In this document: piece by piece, positions 1-11,769 of the stretch
Numbering within the stretch: position 1 is the stretch's first letter
How the letters are laid out: every line of letters starts with the position of its first letter
Assembly: GCA_013239625.1 (NCBI GenBank)
Contig: MU054220.1
Location: 7,971,367 to 8,035,366, forward strand
DNA: 64,000 nucleotides
Reading direction: 5' to 3'
Origin: Lama guanicoe
Taxonomy: Eukaryota
The notes under the pieces: generated by a model
What the model saw: the letters and a program-made list of their open reading frames with translations, nothing else
Told to the model about the DNA's origin: nothing
The model's database searches: none
Made by a program: the position numbers and the translations under genes

Positions 1-941
1 TAATTTAGACTAAAACACTGGTTCCTTCTTAAGACACACCATGAAAGAGCTGAGAGTTACCACTCACTATCTTTAATGAAAATGCGTTTACCTTTGCCAA
101 GAAAGTAATTATTATAAGTCAATGTTCCAATACAAGGTTCTACCATGGAATTACATCAACACAATTACTCTGAGAGTATCTTCCGTGTGCCTACTTTCAA
201 TCTTGTTGGCTAGAAATAGAAGGAAAGAGCCTGTTAAGTGGAAAGTTTTCCATGATGTTGCATCAATACTATTTTGGAATCCCTGTTTTGTGGCTGCTTT
301 TTGTTTTGCTTTTCTGGTGAGACATGAAAAATTTGCTGTGTGTTCTGGCAATTAACATTTCGCTACAAAGAAAGCGAGATCTGCTCCAGTGCAACTGGTG
401 GTACCACTGCATGCTCTTTGATGCAGGAAATAAATCCCCTTCCTGGTTCATCTCCAGTAGCTCCCCTTACTTGGAAGCAATAGGGAGTCTTCAAGTGTAC
501 ACAGTGCAACTGAGTTATGCAGCTCTCAAATCCCTTTATTTTACCCCTTTGAAAACCTGTTTCCCTTTAGAAAAACTTCATGAAGACTCAGGGGAAGGAA
601 AAAGTAAATTTTATTTAATTTTCCCACAAGTCTCACACATACTGCCTCTAGTGAAGACCACAATTCCAAGAAAATATGGTGGGTTGCATGGTAACAGAGA
701 TTACAGAGACAAAACAGGGAACAAAGCCAAAACAATGAAAAAGTCAACTTGTCTGAATTAATCAAGAAATTTAAATTCAGATTTGGGGGAGGGGCTTATA
801 GTATACTTGTTTTTATCAACTATAGGTTATTATACCATTCTTACATAATCATAGTCTTTTAGTTCTGTCCCCTCATTTTGAAGGAGAGCAAACTAGAAAT
901 GTCTTTAAGAATGAGAAGAAAATGGTTTGGTGATTTAGAAA

Positions 942-1443
942 TACTGGGGCCAAGGACAGGCCACCCCAAGATGGGCCTCGATGGCATACTGATTATTTTG
1001 AATTAAAGTTACTTAAGAAATGGCCAATGGTGGCCCTCCTTTCTGCCTCCCTGAAAACAGGAAACAAATCTCCCACAAGGAAAGTGCACCTTCCCTTATC
1101 ACCAGACAGGGAATTCAGGGCTGAGAAGCCTATATAAGTAAAACTGATTTCTTCTTCAGTTTACTACACCAAGCCCAAACTCTGTGTAGATTCTTCATGA
1201 ATTGGGCACCCAAAACCCAGGTTTCTTTGCCCTGTCAATTCCTCACAAATTTGTTTCTTTGTCCAAAAAGTATAAAAGCTCCCAGTGTTGGCCCCTTCTT
1301 ATGTCCCATTTCTATGGAATCTCCATGAGCATGAATTAAAATTTGTCTTTTTCTTCTGTTAATCCATCTTGTGTCAAATTTATTATTAGTCCAGCCACAG
1401 TCGCTTAAGATGGATTGAGGGGGAAATTTCCCCCTCCCTGACA
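942..1443 (+). mobile_element. ERV1-class solo LTR, MER34/MER39-like
   Basis: About 500 bp. TATAAAA at 1271-1277, ATTAAA at 1335-1340 followed by 'tttgtctttttcttctgttaatc', ends '...cccctccctgaca'. Layout resembles recalled MER34/MER39 LTRs. No clean TSD. Confidence 0.72.
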
Positions 1444-2269
1444 GAGGGTTAACTTTGCAGGACTGTTCTAAACCTCCTGCTTTAAGTTGTGAGTACTGAA
1501 AATTTATACTTTCTCTGAACACCAGCCTTCAGTTTATCTGTTTTTATTCTTTTAGACTAAGCCTCTTTATACAAATTGATGTCAAATTAAAGCAGAGTTT
1601 TCAAATACTAATAAATATTTTCACTTAGCTATGCTTTTGTGTGCTCCTTTTAAACTGTATTTGGGAAAAATCTGGGAGAACTGTTGTCTTTTAATTGACA
1701 GGAAAGGTTCAAATCCCCCAGGTTTCAGTTTTTGATGAGCTGTGAAGAAGGCTTTTTAATGAGTTGGTGAGTGACATTGATTACCATTAAATCACATTAA
1801 GCAGAGGAAACAATGCTATTAACGTATTGTTTTCTGGATCCCATAATAGCTTGTACATGGGCAGCCTTAAAGATTAGCAACCCCCCAGAAGATACAGAGC
1901 AACTAATAATTCACTCTGAAGAGTAACAGGAAAAATATTCATAGCCATAATTTACTGGTATCTTCAAAGGTTATAATCAAGACAAATTTCAGAATTAAAA
2001 TGTTTATGTGACAATGATGAAAGTGGTTATCATCTCACATTTCATTATCACAGCAAACGCTCCCAATCAGAGCATGGACTGTAGATTTTCTGCATCCCAG
2101 GCAGTGCTGGATCTAATTTGTTGTGACGTTCATAGACCCGCCCTTCCATTTTATACTCTCAGCCATCTCTTCTGTTTAAGTAAGAGGACTTGCTCTTGGG
2201 ACACCTGTCTAATGGGACATCCTGTCTTTAATCTCTCCATTTTATCTTGGCCTATACAGTATATTTAGC

Positions 2270-2410
2270 TTTACAGATTAATTTTCCTAAAAGCATGATT
2301 TGGGTAGGTTGAGTCCTTGCTTGACTATGTTTCCTATTGCTTAGTAAAGAGAACTCAATTTTCTTAGTGGAGTATTCAAGAAAGTTTATAATCTGATCTC
2401 TTTTCATTCC
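2270..2410 (+). mobile_element. L2 LINE fragment
   Basis: 'attttcctaaaagcatgatttg...ttcctattgcttagtaaagagaactcaattttcttagtggagtattcaag...ataatctg' resembles the L2 3' region; highly diverged. Confidence 0.4.
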
Positions 2411-3289
2411 CATTCAAACGTCTACTACTCAACTTCAGATATGCTCTAGGTGAACTTCAACCATTCAGCTTCTGATAGATTTCAGGCACACTGAACTGCT
2501 CAGCATGCACTGCATGCAGTACAATGGATCTTCATCAGTGAACAGCAAATATCTCAGTTATAGAAACGTGGACAACATTTGTTCCATTTAAAACATGTAT
2601 TTTTGATATGATATAATACCTAATCATAATTAGGCCTGTCAGAGAGACTCTTTAGTAGAGGAGGTCATTCATTTGACAGTGAAGCAGAATGGGATTTGCT
2701 ACATGGCAGAGGTAAGAAATGTAATGTTAAACCACACTGAAGACAAATCCATGTTCCCTGGCATCAGTGACAACTGCTTTGTAAGTATGTAAGAAAGCTT
2801 GGTCAGGATTGTAAACAATGCAAGTCAAACAGCAATACAATACGGAAGGACCACCAATTCCACGGTGCAGTAACCGTGGACACCTTTATAGACAATTGTA
2901 GATGCCATTACAGTGTATGGTGATTGTGTTCTGTTTATTATTCTCTCATATAATGTTTTTATGAGTTTTTTTAATCACTTTATGTGTGCTGCTAAAAATT
3001 ACCTAGTATGCTCAAGCCTGCTACAAATGCAGAATGTGTGCATCAATGCTTTTAACTAATTCCGTTTTCCTGGAAAATCTTACCTCTACCCTCCCATGCT
3101 CTCTCAAATCCTCCTGTGATTTCTCATCCTTCAAAATGTTCTGCCTCAAAATTGCTTTCTTCATTTGCTACTCATCATCTGAGCTTCTATATTGTGGCAG
3201 GACCTCTCTTGCGGGGGCACTTTTCTTATTTTTCCAGCTTTGCTTTATAATCCTCTGTTTTTCTTTCCTTCTTTGATAGAGCTGTTACT

Positions 3290-3420
3290 TCTTAAGGCTA
3301 TGGTTTTGCCATAATCATATTTATTTCTGTATTCTCAGTATTCTTCATCTTTCATGACACATATTGGGTCCTTGAAAAATATTTGTTTAATAAATAGTTA
3401 AATGAAGTATGAATGAGTGG
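3290..3420 (+). mobile_element. L2 LINE 3' end
   Basis: 'aaatatttgtttaataaatagttaaatgaagtatgaatgagt' matches the decayed (TGAA)n tail of L2. Confidence 0.5.
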
Positions 3421-4069
3421 ACATCTTTTTTTACAAAAGCAAAATAAACACATAATGCATATTTTGAAAAGACTAATACTGAACTCTCCTCAATACAGAC
3501 AGAACCCTAGTTTCTTTATCCAATGTCAACTAGATATTTTAAATGACTGATTTAATTATTTTAGGCCTTCTTTGCACACAAGGACATTATGTTAGTTCTA
3601 CAGAAGAGGCAGGCATTTTTTTTCAGTTTTCTAAATGTGCTATAGTTATATTATCCATTCCATATTCATCATAACTGGGAGAGAGAGTTCTTATTTTAAA
3701 GCACATTTTTGACATTTTAGTTGATGCTAAATTTTTGAAAGTTCTTTGACATCTTTAATATTTGGTATGTTTATGGATTTCATGGGATTGCTTAATCTCC
3801 ATTATCAATATTTTCTCAGATATTTTTGCAGAAATGCTTTCTGTTAACTTTGATTTCATTTACTCTTAATAGTAATTCCTTGTTTCCCCCCTTGACGATA
3901 AGCTTTGGAACATGCTTGGTCCTATCCTCTCATCTTATTTTATTTGCTCTAGAGACTGATGCTTTATCTTAAAGCTGGGACTATTAAGGAAGTGTCCATG
4001 GAATCAGCACTGGGCACATGTGGCCTCAAGGTGTGACAGTGATGGAGGTAAAACAGAACTTCTTTACTC

Positions 4070-4335
4070 TGGAGTAAGTGGTTGAGAAGGGCTTGCTGAA
4101 CAGAGGATGTATCAGTTGAATTCCAAATGACAGTGAGAAGACAGACACATGAAATTCTGATTAAAGGGCATCCCAGGCCGGAGGAAAGGCATGTGTGAAG
4201 GCATTAAGGTGAGGATGAATTTAATGTGTCCCAGGAATAAAAAGAAGACCAGGAAGTCTTGTGTGGGAGGAGCATGCCATGGGCTTTGAGCTTCATTCTG
4301 AGTATGAATGGAAGTGTTTAAGATATTTTAATAAA
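4070..4335 (-). mobile_element. L2 LINE fragment
   Basis: 'gggcatcccaggccggaggaaaggcatgtgtgaaggcattaaggtgagg' and 'gagcttcattctgagtatgaatggaagtg' are typical antisense L2 motifs. Confidence 0.65.
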
Positions 4336-6301
4336 CAGTAGCTGTGAACTAAGTCATGCAAGAAAGTGTTGAGGAATAAAAGGGAACCCTTTGGGTGCTG
4401 GACAGAATGGAAGGCCTTGAAGAGCTCAAAATAGGCTTGTCTGTGATACATAAGATGATAATAATGGCTTATCCTTATCTGTGATGCCTAACGTCTTCAG
4501 AGAGTTTTCTTGGCTCGTCTCCAAAATTTAGTCCTTTCTTCACAGCCATCTGAAAACCATTTCCTTTATAAATGCACCCCAAATGTAAGAATATATTCCC
4601 ACCTTCATCAAACTAGGACCATATCTGCATACTGATGTAAATATTCAATGTATGTCAGAATAACTGAGGAGTAGGCCACGGTTGGGTAGCTATCTTGATG
4701 CAATGCTTCTAAGCATGTTGAAAATCAGTATGTCAACTATCAGCTATAGTTTATATATTATAATATATACTATAAGATCAAGCAATTAATGTAATGTATC
4801 ATGCTTGCCACTAAGAAATTTGTAAAAGAATTCAGGATACATGACATGCACAGGCAAAATGGGAAGTAACAGTAGAACAGGAAAACAATATTGGAATTAG
4901 AATCTGAAAACCTAAAACCGCTGCCTCTTCTGAGCTGAGGGATCTGTGAATCATTTACTCTCAGATCTTAGCTTCTCCACATGACAACCCAGTCCAAATT
5001 CAGTTTTAAATGTCTTAAAATGATCTAACAGAAGCTTTCTGAAAATATGCTCTCAAGGTGTGTGCAGGTACGCATAAATTCATCTCAAGATGTTACTTAT
5101 CTGGAGAGAGAAAAAATTTTGCTATCAGATATTTCTACCTGGATGAGACTTAAATGATGAGATTAAAGGATTCTCTGATTTTACATACTGGAGACGGAGA
5201 GTACAGTGAAGTGAAAAACTGGCCCCCACAACTGAGCACGCTACCGTCAGAGACAAACGCTAGATCTTTAAAATATTTCAGACAAAGCTTTGTATCTAGG
5301 ATGTCATGAAGTAAAGAAAACTGGGAAATACATAATGCTACAGAAGCAAATGAAGAGCCTCCTTTCAGCATAGTATGTGATGAAGATGACGCTGAGCAAG
5401 CGTGCAGGGACGTGCAAGGCTTGATGTGCAGACCCCACCCACACGCATAACCACCAGCCACACAGATGTCTGGAACGGAGGCAGCTCTTAGCTTATTTTC
5501 CTGGTTGTGTTTTCACGTGAGATGTTACACATTTCACGTTTATAAAGTCTTTTTGCTCTAATAGTGATCACTCTTGAACATTAGTCACAAATTATGCGGC
5601 AGTAAATTCTTCGTTTTTGATACGCCCTTGCCTCTGATACGTAAGGGGAGATAAAGCAAAAGACAAAAGCTCTCCATATCCTCTTTACGATACATTGAGA
5701 GCCTCTGAAACAATGCAGCACGTACACATTTAGCAAAGATACATAGAGTTAGAGATGTAACGAGGAAGAAGCCCCCAAAGAATAACCGTCAACCCTTTAC
5801 GACCCCAATTTCAGCAGCTTCAATAATGTTGCCTCAAGAAGCAAAGAAAGCTCATTTTGACTAGCTTCCCCGGAGACAATATCTCCAATCAAAATTGATT
5901 ACTTTTCCGTGCTATATATCATGCAGAATTGCTAACAGGAAATCTACTATTCGCTCGCTCCCTTGGCCTCCTTCTTGGCAACGACATCACACTGTACTTC
6001 ATTTTCAAGTAAATAACATATTAAAAATTAATCAGGGGAAAGAGTAATTTAGAATTTAGAAGTGAAATAAAAGTAAAATGGTCCAGCCTAAGTTACCAGA
6101 AATTCTGCCCTGGTACAGGTTGAAACTGTAGGCCCTAGAGGGAGGAAGAATTAAGAAAGTCCCCCTTCAGGCATTTAACATTTCCATACAAGGGGTCTCC
6201 AGTTCAAAGTCTGGGGTCCAGGGAAAGATTTTCTTAGTGGACTCAACAGAATTCTTTCTAATAGCTATGCTCCTGAGATTTTTAGGACAACATGGAAGTA
6301 G

Positions 6302-6370
6302 CGTGTGTGTGTGTATATACACACATACATATATAAAATATATATATTATTATATATATTATCATATATA
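6302..6370. repeat. Compound (TG)/(TA)/(CA) simple repeat
   Basis: Read directly from the sequence. Confidence 0.85.
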
Positions 6371-6916
6371 TTTTTATTGCAGTAGAAAATTAACCATACA
6401 ACACTGCTGAACACCATAATTTGAAATCAAAATTTTAATACACTTTGGGCAGCTGCTTCTCTAGTAAATTGTTTAGTTGTATTAGCTAGTAAACACTTCC
6501 AGACACTAATTTTCGGTAGACTAGTGAAAAAAAAATCTTAGGCAATTTACCTAAATAATATGTTTCAAGTATTTTCAACAACCGTATTGAATAATGGAAT
6601 GCATATGGGTTGCAGGAAAAGAAATGCAACTTATTAGCATGAACTAAAGTGTGGTCTATCCTAACTAAGAAAACAGGAGTTTCAAGATTAAACATTCAGT
6701 GGTTTTATTAAAGTCTGACTCAATTTTTTAATGTTTGACTACTGACAACTAATAAACCACCGCCACGTCTTCCTACTCAGACTATGCGGTCAAGCAAATA
6801 AAAAGTCTGAGGGGTGTATTCCTTGGTACCAACTGAAATTTCAAACCAGAAGAGGGTATCCTCCCCTATCCCTACACCATAATCACCTTAACACACCAAG
6901 CCAAATTCATAAATGT

Positions 6917-6940
6917 TATATATATATATATATATATATA
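6917..6940. repeat. (TA)12 microsatellite
   Basis: Read directly from the sequence. Confidence 0.95.
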
Positions 6941-7099
6941 ATTGATGCACATAAAATATACATCAGGCTAATAAAATGTTCTCTCTTAATGTAATCTTAC
7001 CTCTTATTTTAACCTTAAGACATTTTAAAAATGTATCTTGAAAATAACTTGAAAGGCTGAGAGTATAATTAGAATTCTCAGTCTTTGATGGGTAACCCA

Positions 7100-7370
7100 A
7101 GGATAGCTAACTTAGCTCCTGGCTCGACTGCCACCCCCCACCCCTTCTCTTTCTCTTCATGAACTGCATTCAGTCCTGCAAGGGGCTCCAGGTATGTGCA
7201 TGGATCCCACAGCTACTCATCCAAGCTCACATACTCCACAAATAACTAACTGCTCCTGGGCCACTTCTTGAGTCTAGAAATGTGCTTGATGACTTAACTT
7301 TCCCAGAAGAGGCTCTAGGGTAAGTGGGCTGAGGATTCTTTAGGCTGGAAATTCTGGGTGTTCTGTAAAA
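7100..7370. mobile_element. Possible hAT-Tip100 (MER115-like) fragment
   Basis: 'catccaagctcacatactccacaaata...cctgggccacttcttgagtctag...ggaaattctgggtgttctgta' resembles recalled MER115 internal sequence; no termini seen. Confidence 0.4.
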
Positions 7371-7388
7371 GTCAAAAAGCAGGAGTCA

Positions 7389-7682
7389 TGTGACAAGATG
7401 GCCATGGTTCTTTGACCCCATGAGCCATTAACCCCGTGGGGCAGCTATGGTCAAAAGAACTCCAGGAAGGAATCTTCTATATCAGGGCTCAGGGAAGACT
7501 CTGGAGCCTGGAGGATGTGGAGAGAGAGGAAGGCCAAGCACCATGGAAGCACCAGGCATGTGTGTGAAGATGCCATCTTGGAAGTGGATGTTCCAGACCC
7601 AACTGCCCCCGGTGATGCCACAAGGACACACTGTCTAAAGCTTTGGGACTGTTTGTTATGCAGCAGTAGATAAGCAGGAAAC
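7389..7682 (+). mobile_element. MaLR LTR, MLT1H/G-like, internally deleted
   Basis: 'gccatcttggaagtggatgttccagaccc' and terminal 'tttgttatgcagcagtagataagcaggaaac'. Confidence 0.7.
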
Positions 7683-8319
7683 CACCAGCACAACTATAAA
7701 ATCACCAAAAGAATTTACCATATTATCATAGAACAGCAACAAAAGCACATTGCCTTGACCCATCAAAATCCTAGTGGTATTTATTTCTCCCCAGATGGAC
7801 TCCCCATTGAGGTTTCTAGTATTCTGCTCAAATTCAAGGTGTTGGAGTCTTTGAGCTCAACTTCCCCCTGTATTCTGCTTCTTCGCCCAAGGATAAAGCC
7901 TGATACTCTAAAACTTACAGTATGGCGGAGAGCACACATTCTCTGCAAATCATATACCATAAAAAGAGGGGTACACCACAAAAAGAAAGGAGTTGGCTAC
8001 AAATGCTTGACTCCTTCTCCCTGATTAACCAATCAGATGTCATTGTTTGTCCTGCATGAACATGAGAATGGGGTAAAGAGAGAGGTCATAAGTATTAAGC
8101 AATACGAGGAAGAGATGGTCCACAAAAAACAGGAACGGGTCCCCATCATTCTCCCCACCTTCACCCTCCTCTATCCCACAATCAGAAGAGCAGACGAAAT
8201 GACACTCTGCCCAGTGTAGCCTGGGAAAAAGAGGGAAAAGATGGTGCTATCCAGATAACACATAAAGCTCCATCCTCTCACAGCTAAATGTGTATGTTAC
8301 ATCCCATTGTGAATCAGCG

Positions 8320-8660
8320 TATTTGTCAAGAGCACTTGGGTGCAACTTACTGAGCGCACTTGAGCTGGTTCAGGAACTAGTTACACGGATCAAAGCAGGA
8401 ATGTTGCTGGGCTGCAGAAAGCATCTTATGCTTTTATCTCTACTCCTCTGTATGTGATGTCTTCATTCTCATTTTCCCAGCAGACCTACTTTTCCTGTTT
8501 CTCAAACTTTTTATGACAAGGGGAAAAAAATTCCTAGTTTTCTGGTTCCAAATCCCTGGTGGATGGAATAGTACTGGACACCCCTCGAGACTGGTGCTTC
8601 TCCCTGGACTGGACTGTGGTCTGGAGACGGGGCCATGATTTGCTTGTGCCAGGAAATGGC
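8320..8660 (-). mobile_element. Possible old MaLR LTR (MLT1J/K-like)
   Basis: 'gtcaagagcacttgggtgcaac...gagctggttcagg' resembles the reverse complement of MLT1J/K 3' ends; very diverged. Confidence 0.35.
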
Positions 8661-8684
8661 CAACTTTAAAAAAATTGCATTTTT

Positions 8685-8780
8685 CTAATCATTTCACAAT
8701 ACATACAGATATCAAATCACTATGTTGTACACCCAATAGTAATACAATGTCGTATGTCAATTATACCTCAAAATAAAATC
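8685..8780 (+). mobile_element. LINE-1 extreme 3' end fragment
   Basis: 'aatcatttcacaatacatacagatatcaaatcactatgttgtacacc...tatgtcaattatacctcaaaataaaa'. Confidence 0.75.
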
Positions 8781-9635
8781 AGCATTTCCCAGAAAATGCT
8801 TTAGAAAGCTTAATAAAACAGACACAAGTTTCCTACAATCCCCAAAGTTTCTGTAACAAGGTCTGTGAAGTGAAGGCCTGGGAAGGGATCCATAATGACC
8901 CCTTGGCTAGTGCATCAACTAGAAGAGACCAGAGGGAAAACGTTAGCAGATTAGTGGCAGCATTTGCAGGAAAAAAAAATAGGGAGGTTGAGGGTATTTT
9001 GCCTCCTTCCTAGATGCTCTAAGAGGATCAGGGGCAGGGGACACATTCTCTGTAAGACTGGAAGATGTGTCTCGCTCCATCAGAGACTGAAATTTGTACA
9101 TGATTCGTCTTCCTTGGACAGCAGTAGCCTGAACTGCCAAGTCACAATCGCCTTGACGTCTGCCTCAGGGGTCTGCTGCAGCATTTAAACAATATGATTG
9201 CTATTAACCACAGTGGGTGTCTTCTGCTAACTAAATTAGAAGCAACGCTGCACGTTTGATGTGTTAGGTTTGCAGACAGTGCTTAGATGGCAGGAGGAGG
9301 GCAGCACGCCCCAGGCAATGTGTCAGGATCCCAACAACCTAAGTGAGTTGATTTCGAAAACTTCAGCATGGCTCAAATGTTTCGGGCATGTTTCTCATAA
9401 CGTGTCCCATGGTTTCCATTTCCTCCCTCATAGCAGCTAAGGCAATTCAGAGACTTGAATATTGCATCACACATATTTACTCACGGACTGAAACCCAAGA
9501 ATTCCTCAGAAGTTAGAAACTCTTTGAGTTAGACCTCAGGCCCCACATTCCTCAGGACGAGAGGAAACACAGGCACTAAGGTTCTTAACACACATAATCA
9601 TCTCAACCTGGAAACGCTGGCAAAATTTTAGCTGC

Positions 9636-10071
9636 TGTTTTAGTTTCCATAATAAAGTAACCACAACCTGGGTGGCTTAAAACAACAGAGATGTGTTCTC
9701 TCAGTGTTCTGGAGACCAGAAGTTCACTGTCACGGTCTTGGCAGGACCCCGCTCCTTTGGAAGGCTCGTCTTCTCCATCTTCCAGCAGCCCCAAGCATCC
9801 CTTGGTTTGTGGCAGCGTAACTTCAAGGTCTGCCTCCATCTCCATGTAGGCATCGTCCCTCTGTGTGTCTGTGCCTTCACAAGGCATTTTCTAACTGTTT
9901 TCTCTTCTCTTAAGAATACCAGCCATCCTGCATTAGGGCCCACCCTAGTGGACTAGGACCTTAATTTAATTACATCAGCAAAACCTCCGTTTCCAGAAAA
10001 GGTCACACTCATAGGTACTGAGGGTTAGGGCTTCAACAGATCTTTTGGGCGGACACAATGCAACCCACATC
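9636..10071 (-). mobile_element. MaLR solo LTR, MLT1B/C-like
   Basis: 'ccacaacctgggtggcttaaaacaacagag...ttctggagaccagaag' through 'ggacacaatgcaacccaca'; both termini recognisable. Confidence 0.9.
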
Positions 10072-10919
10072 TGATACTTCCTTTATATGTTAAATTCCCA
10101 AGTAAGACACGTTCCAACTCCTAAATCCATGATATTCAGGAAGCTGAGCATTTGATCAGCTTCATGCTGCTTTTTCTGACTGCAGGCTTAGGTGTACAAT
10201 CAGATTTCACATTTTTTTTTTTTCCCAAAGGAACAAGACTAAAAATCTTTCCTTGCTTTAGTGAAAAAAAAAAGATATTTTTATTTCAATGTTTTTAAAC
10301 TGAGGGATTAATACTGTTTATGGAAGTAAAAATAAAAGATAGAAGCCGCTGAGTAACGGCCCCCCCCCTGCAAGGCAGACCAAAGTGTCCGTATTTTGGC
10401 ATCTTCAAAACTTACTGATTCAAAAGAACACTGCATTAAAAAAAGATTTAATGGGCCATGAGAACATAAAAGTAATGCATTGTTTTATAATCCATCTGAG
10501 CATTCTTAGAAAGAAAGCTCTTCGTGCTTGGTGAGTAGTTTATGGGTCTTCGAGGCCCCCGTGAATGTTTGTGTTGATTTCTGCACTTCTGGAGGCAGCT
10601 GTTTTCACTAGAAAAAGGAGTCTGGTTTGGGGGTAACAGATACTACGACATAAAATCAGTTTTTCTTCTCATTTTAAAATGTACTTTTCCATGTTGCAGC
10701 CAAAACAATTCTTTAAAGAAGCGTCATCACATAAAAAAAAGATGCTGCAAAGCTCCGTGTCCTCATTCATTCAGGAAGTATTCATGGACTGCCTAAATGT
10801 GCCTAGCTCCTGTTAAAAATTAAGCGTGGCAATATATTTAAACATGCTGCAGTTAAAATGAATATTTAACGGTATCTTGAAAATCTTACTTCAAATGTAG
10901 TGTTACTATTGGGAACCTG

Positions 10920-11140
10920 AGGTTTGGAATAACAGAGACCAGGATGTGCGCCCTTGCTCTGCCACTTGCTGGTTTCCTGAAATTACTTCAACTACTTTAA
11001 GTCTCGATTTGGCCAATTGAAAAGTGCAAATAATACCATCTTCCCAAGCTGACAATGTTACCTTTACGTAACATTCATATGTAAAGGCACTTAGCAAAAC
11101 ACCCAATATGTGTAGTATTTGTTAATTATTAGTTGCCATA
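10920..11140 (+). mobile_element. MIR SINE
   Basis: 'gctctgccacttgct', decayed core, and 'catatgtaaaggcacttagcaaaac'. Confidence 0.7.
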
Positions 11141-11295
11141 GCTAGTTACTATTATTAACAAATTTATTTAAATTAATGTTAGAAAAAGTCACAGAAAGTT
11201 AAACCTGAGATATATAGGAGATTATCTATCTATCCATATGACTAGTTTAAGACATATATAATTAGTTTATACAGATATAGATAATTAGTGTATCT

Positions 11296-11730
11296 ATAAT
11301 TAGTTTCCTAGATCTGCTGTAACAGTGACTACAGCCTTGGAAGGCTTAAAACAACAAAAAAGGTGTTTTCTGAATTCTGGAAGCTAAAAGTCTAATAAAA
11401 TCAAGAGTCAGTAGGGACATATTCCCTTTAAAGGCCTAAGGGGGAAAGAAAAATTTCCTTGCCTTTTCTAGCTTCTGGTGGTGGCTGGCACTCCTTGGCT
11501 TGTAAATGCGTCATTCCAGTGCAGTCTCCCTCCATCTTCATATGGCCTTCTCCCCTGAGAGCCTACGCTTCTGTGCTCCAATTTCCCTCTAAGAAGAGCA
11601 TCAGCTACACTGGATTTTGGCCCTACCCTAATCCAATTTTATCTTATCTAATTACATCTGCAAAATTTTATTTCCAAATAAGTTCACATTCACAGATTCT
11701 GAGTGAACATCTAAATACAGGGTGACATTA
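11296..11730 (-). mobile_element. MaLR solo LTR, MLT1B/C-like
   Basis: 'ttagtttcctagatctgctgtaaca...ggcttaaaacaaca...attacatctgcaaaattttatttccaaataagttcacattcacag'. Confidence 0.85.
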
Positions 11731-11769
11731 GCAATGGATGTATTATTCTGTAGATCAGGGTAAAGAAGG

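Noticed and set aside
324..761. 145-aa ORF, the longest outside repeats
   Set aside because: No recognisable domain, low-complexity AT-rich codons and no supporting exon structure; consistent with chance.
7940..8300. Possible ancient LTR (CCAATCAG motif); similar suspicion for 22270-22620
   Set aside because: Too diverged for me to assign; needs a Dfam search.
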